From Gammaproteobacteria bacterium (lineage in GTDB: Bacteria > Pseudomonadota > Gammaproteobacteria > Acidiferrobacterales > SPGG2): 64,000 nt of DNA. Of this stretch, positions 8,584 through 15,662 are shown one piece after another (position 1 is the first letter of the stretch; every line of letters begins with the position of its first letter). The stretch spans positions 2,710 to 66,709 of the forward strand of contig JAOTYM010000006.1 of the NCBI GenBank assembly GCA_029861845.1. Reading direction: 5' to 3'. Both the position numbers and the translations under genes were made by a program. The notes beneath the pieces are model-generated. The model was not told where the DNA came from, made no database searches, and saw only the letters and a program-made list of their open reading frames with translations.

Positions 8584-8973
8584 TTACTGCTTCATCATTT
8601 CGTCCATGCGTTTACGCATCTGCTCCATCTGATCCTGCGTGTCGGCGTCCATCATCATGCCCGACATCTTGTCCATCATAGCGCCCATTTCCTGCATGCG
8701 CTCGGCCATCTGTTTTTGCATGTCGGGGCTCATGCCTCCCTGCATCATCCGCTCGGACATCTTTTCCATCTGACCGGCCATGTCATGCATCATGCCGGAA
8801 GACTGCTGGGCGCCGGGGCCCATACCGCCTTTGCCACCCATCATCCCTGAACCCATCTGGCCGCCGGACCCCATGCCTTGTTCCTTTCCCGTGTGTGCAT
8901 AAAGCGGCGCGGCGAGCGCCATGCCGATCACTGCTATGGCAGCCCGGCGCGTGCGAGACATTGACTGTTTCAT
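8584..8973 (-). CDS. Methionine-rich secreted protein with Tat-like signal (putative periplasmic Cu(I)/Ag(I) binder)
   Basis: MKQSMSRTRRAAIAVIGMALAAPLYAHTGKEQ..., then a mature part with 28 Met in about 103 residues (my count) in M-x-x-M/MM motifs. A strong SD (GAAGGAGCAAAAG) precedes the ATG. MerR-type promoter C lies upstream. Confidence 0.75.
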   Translation of the reverse strand: MKQSMSRTRRAAIAVIGMALAAPLYAHTGKEQGMGSGGQMGSGMMGGKGGMGPGAQQSSGMMHDMAGQMEKMSERMMQGGMSPDMQKQMAERMQEMGAMMDKMSGMMMDADTQDQMEQMRKRMDEMMKQ

Positions 8974-9124
8974 CTTTTGCTCCTTCGATGGGGATTATCC
9001 CCAGTTCGGTTACATTAACGTTTCTATGCAAAACGCGCCCGTTCGGCCGCAACGCTGCGCGCTGAGATCCTTTCGCATGGTCGCAGCCGGGATGTAGTGG
9101 CGTTTTATGTGTGCAACATCATGA

Positions 9125-9156
9125 ATGCTACAACCTGTGCGCAACTATCAGGTCAA
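9125..9156 (-). promoter_or_regulatory. MerR-type promoter/operator C (upstream of the Met-rich / SHOCT / NfeD genes)
   Basis: Minus strand reads TTGACC-TGATAGTTGCGCACAGGTTG-TAGCAT. The dyad is at 9133..9153 with one mismatch. The geometry is identical to sites A, B and D. Confidence 0.7.
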
Positions 9157-9462
9157 GCCCCGTGCTGCCCCTTCACTTGACTAAAATCAATAAGGCGCAG
9201 ATTGAGTGCAATTCCCGAAAGAAGTGGATGGTAGGCGTTACCCGAACCAGTTGATTGTCAGAACATTCGTTATGTGTGTTACTTAGACATGACGATGGCT
9301 AGTGCTGGGGTTTGTTTCGGGCCAGAAGGCAAGCTAGCACGATCAGTCGCAATTCCTTCTACACTATAGCCGACCTATGGTTTTGTTGATCTATCTCAAC
9401 GCAAAGTTGGGGTGTATATGTTCTGTTGTGAGGTTACCGAACTTTGCGCTACGGAGGCTATT

Positions 9463-9675
9463 ATGAACGGCCGACAGTTTCTTGGTCTAGTTATTCTGCT
9501 GCTAAGCGTGGGTCTTTTCAGTGGATGCCAGAAGGTCAACGAACCATGGGATACGACTGGTTATTTCGAAGCGGAACGAAGCCGGACACCGGAGCAACAA
9601 AAAGCTCTAAGGCACCGCTTAGCGTCCGCCGTAGAACTCAGCCAGGAGCAGCCTTGGTTGCACGCGCAGCATTGA
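9463..9675 (+). CDS. Small putative lipoprotein (70 aa)
   Basis: Internal Met of ORF 9412..9675: MNGRQFLGLVILLLSVGLFSGCQKV... has a signal peptide and a lipobox-like 'FSGC'. A strong SD (ACGGAGGCTATT) precedes the ATG. Confidence 0.5.
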   Translation: MNGRQFLGLVILLLSVGLFSGCQKVNEPWDTTGYFEAERSRTPEQQKALRHRLASAVELSQEQPWLHAQH

Positions 9676-9957
9676 TTGACGCTATAGGTCCTTATTACTC
9701 CAGACGCAGCGGCCGCAAACGGGCTAGTTGACTCACAAAACCGCATCGCGGGCGCGATTTGTTGCGCGTCATTTTCTACTCGCTCAACCGATAACGGGCC
9801 AGAGCGATCCCGTGGAGTGTCCCTTAATGATACAGACCAAAGCGGTAAGGAAGCAGTAAGCTATATTGCAGATCTGAAGTTCCGAAAACAATAAGATTGT
9901 AGCTTTATAGAACCCCCGTAATAAGGTTCGCCCACCATTGATCTAACTCGTTGGCAT

Positions 9958-10392
9958 TTATTGCATACATCTCATATGTTGAGGCCCTTGACAAGCAATA
10001 ATCCTTGCGCTCCATAGGCTCTTTATATACGCAACGATATCGTAAACCTCTTTTTCAGAAATAACTTCCTTGAAGGCAGGCATGCGCTTCGTTCTGCGCA
10101 GACCTTCGAAAATCATGTTTGCTAGCTGTTCATCAGTATGGTGCCAGGCATGCGATGTTTCATTTAAAGGCATGGCCGTAAAGTATCCTGGCTTACGTAT
10201 ACTCCACGGAATCGGCGTTTCCCCTACCCCATCTTTCTGATGACAAACTTGACAATGCTTCTCATAAAGCCCTTTACCAAGCACGACGGCACCGGGGTCC
10301 GGCGTTTTCCCCGTTTCAGCACCAGCGATTCCACTGAAAATAATGAGCGCTAAAAAGTTAACGACCAAAATATTTCTTCGTATTGTAATCAT
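9958..10392 (-). CDS. Monoheme c-type cytochrome (periplasmic)
   Basis: Signal peptide and a single 'CQVCH' heme motif. It shares 'PLNETSHAWHHTD' and 'DIVAYIKSLW' with the cytochrome paralogues at 17070, 17599 and 22390. Confidence 0.8.
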   Translation of the reverse strand: MITIRRNILVVNFLALIIFSGIAGAETGKTPDPGAVVLGKGLYEKHCQVCHQKDGVGETPIPWSIRKPGYFTAMPLNETSHAWHHTDEQLANMIFEGLRRTKRMPAFKEVISEKEVYDIVAYIKSLWSARIIACQGPQHMRCMQ

Positions 10393-10450
10393 CTCAACAT
10401 CCCGAAATATCTTAACATCGCAAGTATAGCGCTCAAGCGGTATCAGCGTT

Positions 10451-10861
10451 TCACTCGACCCCAGCCGCGCGTTGTTTCTGGCGCACGTAGGCTATGATAT
10501 GACCCGCATCCTCTGGCGTGAGCCTGTCGATGGGCGTCATGTTTCCGAAGTTCCAATGGTGCTGCCGCACACCGTGTCTGACCGCGAGGTGAAAAGACAG
10601 ATCAGCATGGTGGCCAGGCCGGTAAATCTTGTGTACCAGTGGTGGTCCTTCGCGTGTTCCCCGGACGCCCTCGCCATGACAGCGGGCGCAGTTGGCCTGA
10701 AATAGATCCCCGCCTCGTTTCGCGTCGGCGACGAAGTTGGGACTCGGCAGACGGAGATTGGCGCGCATCTGTTCCGGTTCAGGCCGTTCGCAGCTGGCCA
10801 AGATCGGTAACGTAATGAAGGCCATAGCAAGCCATGGCGATATGTTCTTTCTTGCGTTCAC
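10451..10861 (-). CDS. Monoheme c-type cytochrome, probable lipoprotein
   Basis: Heme motif 'CARCHG'. The track ORF extends to 10921. I prefer GTG 10861, which gives (M)NARKNISPWLAMAFITLPILASC, a lipoprotein-type signal, and avoids overlap with the Rieske reading frame. Confidence 0.75.
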   Translation of the reverse strand: MNARKNISPWLAMAFITLPILASCERPEPEQMRANLRLPSPNFVADAKRGGDLFQANCARCHGEGVRGTREGPPLVHKIYRPGHHADLSFHLAVRHGVRQHHWNFGNMTPIDRLTPEDAGHIIAYVRQKQRAAGVE

Positions 10862-10910
10862 CTTGTATCTTTGTGGCCTGAGATGGGTTTGCGGTGGCGT
10901 TGGACTGTGC

Positions 10911-11502
10911 TCAGATCTCATCGGCGCCGATTCCTATCACTGTGTCTTTCATGTATCGATGAGTAGGCACGACTAAATTGGTTGGTGCCGGGACATTCTT
11001 GAATACGCGCCCCGCCAAGTCAAACTTAGAGCCATGACACGGGCAGAAATAGCCGCCGGGCCAATCCCTGATCGACACCCGCGCTTGCGCCGGAAGCAAG
11101 TTTGGCCAGAGGCACGCACCCGAGATGCGTACAGATGCCGACGACCACGAGCACTTCCGGCCGGATCGATCGGTAAAGGTTCTTGGCATACGACGGCTGC
11201 TGACTTTCCACCTCCGAGCTCGGGTCGACCAGCAGTGGCGTGTTGCGCTCGAGCTGTTCGAGCATCGCCGGTGTGCGCCGCAAGATCCATACCGGTATGC
11301 CCCGCCATTCAACGGTAAGCATCTGCGCCGCTTCGAGCTTGCTGATATCGACATTAACGGAACCACCCGCGGCCAATGCCCGCGCACTGGGTTTCATACT
11401 TAAGATAAAGGGCGTCGAGCTAAGGGCAGCGCCGATGCCACCCAGAACGGTGGTGATCGTCAGCAGCCACCGTTTTTTTGCATCGACAGGGCCACTAGCC
11501 AC
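10911..11502 (-). pseudogene. petA: Rieske [2Fe-2S] protein, PetA-like, interrupted by a +1/-1 frameshift near 11090..11105
   Basis: ORF 11026..11502 carries the PetA-like N-terminus through cluster box I, 'VVGICTHLGCVP'. Box II 'GGYFCPCHGSKFDLAGRVFKNVPAPTNLVVP' is in a different frame (ORF 10911..11387). Removing one nucleotide near 11097 joins them with normal box spacing. Confidence 0.8.
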
Positions 11503-11525
11503 GATACCACCTACTAGTTGCGTTA

Positions 11526-12119
11526 TCAGGCCTTGAGATCTTTCGACGCCGGCCGCCTGGGTCGGCCCAGTTGTGGTGCGATGCCACAGAATCCCTGGGG
11601 CTCTACCCCCAGTGCGGCGTTGAACTTGCTGGAAAGATTCTGGAACGCGATGACACCGGTAAGCTCTATGATGGCATCATCATCGAAGTGCCGGCGAAGC
11701 TGTTCAAAGTGCTTCGCGGTTGGTTGACCGTCTGAATAGGTGATCATCTCGGTGTAGGCCAATGCAATTTTTTCGCGCTCGCTAAACAGCGGGCTTGCCT
11801 CGAAATTGGCAAGCTCTGCCAACTTGGCCGGATCAACACCCCGCTTAAGCACGGTCGCAGAATTGATATCGACGCAGAACGGACACCAGTTGATCTGGGA
11901 CACCCGTATGGTGACCAGCGATCGCAGCGGCGGTTCGATCGGCGAAGAGCGGCGATCCAAAGCTCCATAAAGCAGCGCTAGGCTGATGAATACTTTGGGC
12001 GTACGGCCCCAGAGACGAGCAGGCTCGAGCACCGCACCATAACGACGTCTCTGGTTCCAGAAGAACAGGCGCACATACCACGGGAAATGGTGCTTTGGTG
12101 GCGTAGTGATAGCAGCCAT
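11526..12119 (-). CDS. Carboxymuconolactone decarboxylase / AhpD-like family protein
   Basis: Internal Met at 12119 (MAAITTPPKHHFPWYVRLFF...) avoids overlap with the upstream gene. The 'INWCPFCVDIN' CxxC core is typical of AhpD-like proteins. Confidence 0.7.
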   Translation of the reverse strand: MAAITTPPKHHFPWYVRLFFWNQRRRYGAVLEPARLWGRTPKVFISLALLYGALDRRSSPIEPPLRSLVTIRVSQINWCPFCVDINSATVLKRGVDPAKLAELANFEASPLFSEREKIALAYTEMITYSDGQPTAKHFEQLRRHFDDDAIIELTGVIAFQNLSSKFNAALGVEPQGFCGIAPQLGRPRRPASKDLKA

Positions 12120-12141
12120 CACTGGTGTCGCGCGACGCCGA

Positions 12142-13206
12142 CTAACGACCCGCCACCGCCATCTGGTGCCCCTCACCACGGACGGGAATCTTGCCCACTA
12201 CCGCTAAGCGTTTCTGGTCCACTACCCAGATCAGCGGCTCCTTGCGGCTCGAAACGTACACCTTACCCGTACCCGGGATTGCGGCAACATGATAAGACGC
12301 CGGGCTGAGATCGAGACTGCGAGTCCGACCGCTAACAAGATCAATCTCGATTAGCTTGTTGTCCTTCTTGACCGCAACGAGCAGCTTCTTGCCGTCATCG
12401 GACAAGTCAACGCCATGGGGATCGTTGCCGACGCTATACGTCTTTACCACCTTGCCCTGGTCGCGCGAGATCACCGAAACGGTACCATCACCGATATTGT
12501 TTACGTAAATCGTAAGCTCGTCCGCCGATAGCACCATATGTTCGGGCGCCGGTCCCGCCAAGATATTGCGGGTCACGATCCAGTGATCCGTATCAATCTC
12601 ACTGATCGTATTGTTGCCAGCGTTGCTGACATAGATGCGTTTGCCGTCTTTCGTGACTACCGCGTAGTTGGGCACTGGGCCGGTTGGCACTACCTTGGCG
12701 ACTTTGTAATTCGAAAGATCGATCGCGCTGATCCCGCCGGCCGTAGTATGTGTCGAGATCGCGTAACGTCCATCCGGTGTAACCAGATTGTGATGAACGG
12801 CTCCTTTCACGTCGACACGGCGAACTACGCGTCTGTCTTGCGTCTCAACAATAGCAACATGGCTCATCCCCACGCCCGATTGCGAAGCGGCCGCAGTCGG
12901 CATGTTGTGATGCAGGCTGTGCTCCTCCTCGGACATGCCAGCTGGCTTCGGTGGCAGCGCGGCTTGATCCGGGCTCACCTCCCGATTGCTGCCCGCGACC
13001 ACGTACTTGCCATCGGGCGTCGCGGCGAGGCCGTGCGGATTGACGATATCGCCGACCGTATCTATGACCTTGTCATCTGCCGCATCCACGATGACGATTT
13101 CGTTTGCCGTACCTAAGGGGATATATACTGTGGGTGCGGCTGACGTGACCGAGGCCATACCGACGGTAGCAGCGCTAACTAGAAGAATACCTACCAGCTT
13201 GTTCAA
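12142..13206 (-). CDS. Secreted YVTN-type seven-bladed beta-propeller protein
   Basis: Signal peptide (MNKLVGILLVSAATVGMASVTSA). Seven repeats of the pattern 'V.VID....KV...I.VG..P.G...S.DGK..YV'. A Met/His-rich insertion follows blade 1. Confidence 0.8.
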   Translation of the reverse strand: MNKLVGILLVSAATVGMASVTSAAPTVYIPLGTANEIVIVDAADDKVIDTVGDIVNPHGLAATPDGKYVVAGSNREVSPDQAALPPKPAGMSEEEHSLHHNMPTAAASQSGVGMSHVAIVETQDRRVVRRVDVKGAVHHNLVTPDGRYAISTHTTAGGISAIDLSNYKVAKVVPTGPVPNYAVVTKDGKRIYVSNAGNNTISEIDTDHWIVTRNILAGPAPEHMVLSADELTIYVNNIGDGTVSVISRDQGKVVKTYSVGNDPHGVDLSDDGKKLLVAVKKDNKLIEIDLVSGRTRSLDLSPASYHVAAIPGTGKVYVSSRKEPLIWVVDQKRLAVVGKIPVRGEGHQMAVAGR

Positions 13207-13317
13207 GTTCCTCTCCTTTCTTAAGGTGCGTTCTCTTCAAGGACTGCGTTCTTTAGTCTTAGCGGACGATAAGGTTATACCCCGCTTCGGTCTGGTCTAC
13301 GGATCACTAACCGCCCA

Positions 13318-13983
13318 TCAGCCGCCCTGGCCCATGCCCGGAGACATCATTCCGTGTCCGCCCCTGCCATGGCCGCGCTTCAACTGTTTGAGCTCTTGGC
13401 GCTGTTCCTTGGTTAGCACCGCGTCAACACGATTGTGGGTATCAATCTTGCTCTCAATCATCTGCCGTCTGAGATTAAAGATATTCCCATACACCGCACC
13501 GATTCTTTTCGCATCTGGTTTATCGGCGGCGAAGAGCTCACGCAGCTTGCTGGATTCGTCCATGATCTTGCCCATGGTGTCCCAGTTCGTCCTGCGTAGC
13601 TGATCCTGAAGCTTGTGCATGCTGGCACGCTGTTCTTTTGTAAGGTCAAGCATTTGTATGCGGCCCATGCCCATGCCGCCCATCATTCCAGGACTATCCA
13701 TCATCCCCATCATGCCTGGTCCCATACCCATCATGCCCATGTGACCCATGCCACCCATATGGCCCGCCATCCCGGATTCGCCCATCATGCCCTTGTGACC
13801 CATGCCACCCATATGGCCCGCCATCCCGGATTCGCCCATCATGCCCATGTGGCCCATGCCGTAGCCGGGGGTACCACCTCGCATCATCGGACCGCCGCCA
13901 TGGGCTAGCGCGACTGACGCCCCAATGCCAACGACAGCCGCGATCAATACACCCATCATCAAACCAGTTACAGTTCTATTCAT
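13318..13983 (-). CDS. Spy/CpxP/ZraP-family periplasmic protein with a Met/His/Gly-rich N-terminal extension
   Basis: Signal peptide, then 'GMGHMGMMGESGMAGHMGGMGH...' repeats. Two LTxxQ motifs follow ('LDLTKEQRASM', 'AVLTKEQRQEL'), characteristic of the family. A strong SD (GGAAGGAGAT) is present. Confidence 0.8.
   Translation of the reverse strand: MNRTVTGLMMGVLIAAVVGIGASVALAHGGGPMMRGGTPGYGMGHMGMMGESGMAGHMGGMGHKGMMGESGMAGHMGGMGHMGMMGMGPGMMGMMDSPGMMGGMGMGRIQMLDLTKEQRASMHKLQDQLRRTNWDTMGKIMDESSKLRELFAADKPDAKRIGAVYGNIFNLRRQMIESKIDTHNRVDAVLTKEQRQELKQLKRGHGRGGHGMMSPGMGQGG
13741..13848. repeat. Tandem 54-bp direct duplication inside the Spy/CpxP-like gene
   Basis: 13741..13794 and 13795..13848 are identical except for one base at the unit end (tt vs at). 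They encode the duplicated 'GMMGESGMAGHMGGMGH(K/M)' block. Confidence 0.9.
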
Positions 13984-14153
13984 CGAATATCTCCTTCCTT
14001 ACGCAAAGCTATTGGTTAATGACAAAAAAATACATTTCTCGCAAACCCACAATCTTAGTTTTCCAACTGTCAGCAAGGTTCATCGAGTTTCTTGATGCAG
14101 ATCAAGGCTCGTGCATGTATTCCCGTTCTGGTGCGTCGCCCGCGGCGTCTCGC

Positions 14154-14600
14154 TCATACACGGATTGGCCTGACGGAGAACCAACGCATTGTCATGACCG
14201 TGAGACTCGGGACCACCAGCCACTGCAGTAGCGGTGACAGGCCAATACCGCCAACCAGTGGCATCGCCGCGGCATAAGACCAGGCGCCAAGCTGGTAGAC
14301 GTTGTGCCACTCGCTGAATACGGTATAGGCAAGCCCCGCGGTAACCATTAGTAGCCCGCCCAACCACGGCGTCTGCAGCGGCCAATCCAGGCGTTTGAGC
14401 ACTGTAGCCGTTCCCAAGAACACGCTGGTGGCAATCAGTACATCGCCCACCGTGCAGTGAAACACGTACGCTACGATTCGCTGTCTGCTGTCGTCACTCC
14501 ACAGGCCATACAACGGCAGATGCGCAAACTCCCACACGAGGTGGAACACGAAAGCGAGACTTGCCCACCTCGCCATCCATTTCACCGCTATTATCATCAT
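14154..14600 (-). CDS. Polytopic membrane protein of unknown function (first gene after promoter D)
   Basis: 148 aa with 4-5 hydrophobic helices (e.g. WASLAFVFHLVWEFAHLPLYGLW, GGLLMVTAGLAYTVF). I recognise no family. The start codon lies only about 14 nt downstream of the predicted transcription start. Confidence 0.6.
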   Translation of the reverse strand: MMIIAVKWMARWASLAFVFHLVWEFAHLPLYGLWSDDSRQRIVAYVFHCTVGDVLIATSVFLGTATVLKRLDWPLQTPWLGGLLMVTAGLAYTVFSEWHNVYQLGAWSYAAAMPLVGGIGLSPLLQWLVVPSLTVMTMRWFSVRPIRV

Positions 14601-14620
14601 TTTCGTCGCTGGTTAGATAC

Positions 14621-14652
14621 AGTCTAAGACCTGCGTGTAGCTTACAGGTCAA
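14621..14652 (-). promoter_or_regulatory. MerR-type promoter/operator D (its -35 overlaps the merR-family stop codon)
   Basis: Minus strand reads TTGACC-TGTAAGCTACACGCAGGTCT-TAGACT. The dyad is at 14629..14649 with one mismatch. The -35 hexamer (14647..14652) contains the TGA stop (14649..14651) of the regulator gene. Confidence 0.7.
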
Positions 14653-15071
14653 GCGTCATAGCGACGGATGCCTGTTGACTCGATGAGGTGACATATCGAT
14701 TCCCTATCGGGCACGCGGTCGGGCATCTTATCCCACTGCCTTAAGGCGTCTTCCATACGGTTCTGCAACTGCAACAGTTCCTCCAGCTTCTGCCGGTTCT
14801 CCTCGACGTGCCGCTGCAAGATATCCCTGACTCTTCGACACGGGGACTTGCCCTGGGCGCTGGTGTCGAGAATCTGTGCGATCTCCTCCAGCGTACAGCC
14901 GAGGCTCTGCGCCTGACGGATGAAACTAAGCCGCGATATGTCAGAACGTGAAAATAGCTTATAGCCATTGTCCGGATGGCGCGCCGGGCTGAGTAACCCG
15001 ATCCGGCTGTAATAGCGGACCACATGCGGTGCCACTCGCCCTTGCCTTGAAAGTTCACTTACCGTCATCAT
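14649..15071 (-). CDS. MerR-family metal-responsive transcriptional regulator
   Basis: MMTVSELSRQGRVAPHVVRYYSRIGLLSPARHPDNGYKLFS... is the MerR N-terminal wHTH, followed by a coiled-coil helix. GGAGG lies 7 nt upstream of ATG 15071. It is the only MerR-family gene in the window. Confidence 0.88.
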   Translation of the reverse strand: MMTVSELSRQGRVAPHVVRYYSRIGLLSPARHPDNGYKLFSRSDISRLSFIRQAQSLGCTLEEIAQILDTSAQGKSPCRRVRDILQRHVEENRQKLEELLQLQNRMEDALRQWDKMPDRVPDRESICHLIESTGIRRYDA

Positions 15072-15206
15072 TTTGCTGCCTCCTAAAAGATATAGTTGCG
15101 CTGTGCGCCCACGTCGCACGAACTCGCTAACAAGAGAACGGCCCGGGCGCGTGCCATGGCTTCGCCTAGCGACTCGCCGCTAGGTTTCCGCCAAAGTTGA
15201 ACGGCC

Positions 15207-15647
15207 TCAGATAAGAAGCTGCTTGAAACGCAGATACAGCGGGAGCGATGAGGTTGGAACGTGATAGGCTTGCGGCCACTCCCGAATTGGTTCGGCAATC
15301 TGCTGGTCCCAGACTAACGCGGCGGCCACGAGGCTGTCCGGTTGCGGGGAGCGATACTTGAGAACAACCGGCGCCGCTTTCATAAGATCGTGACGCATAC
15401 CGGTCCAGTAGCAACAATAAGACAACCCGTCTTCTGATGCTGCCTCGCCGACGATTTCTCGAGCGTAATCGGCGGACGTCAAACCAACCCCCACCTGCGG
15501 CTGAGCCAATCCGGCGGCAAACAAGTCGCGGCAGGGCTGCAGCGTCACCAGCAACAACAGCGAGAGCGAACCAACTAATAGCCAGGATGTATATCGGCGC
15601 CGACACGTTGGTTGCCAAGCTAATACTTTTCGGCGGCTGCTATTCAT
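15207..15647 (-). CDS. Hypothetical protein with N-terminal TM/signal segment
   Basis: 146 aa with a hydrophobic segment (WLLVGSLSLLLLVTL). I recognise no family. I chose it over the overlapping alternative frame 15166..15618 because of the TM segment and tight spacing to the flanking genes. Weak call. Confidence 0.4.
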   Translation of the reverse strand: MNSSRRKVLAWQPTCRRRYTSWLLVGSLSLLLLVTLQPCRDLFAAGLAQPQVGVGLTSADYAREIVGEAASEDGLSYCCYWTGMRHDLMKAAPVVLKYRSPQPDSLVAAALVWDQQIAEPIREWPQAYHVPTSSLPLYLRFKQLLI

Positions 15648-15662
15648 CGAGCGTAACGAGCT

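Noticed and set aside
15166-15618. Alternative 150-aa frame overlapping 15207..15647.
   Set aside because: It is Arg/Ser/Ala-rich without hydrophobic or domain features. The other frame has a TM segment and better spacing. Even the chosen frame is a weak call.
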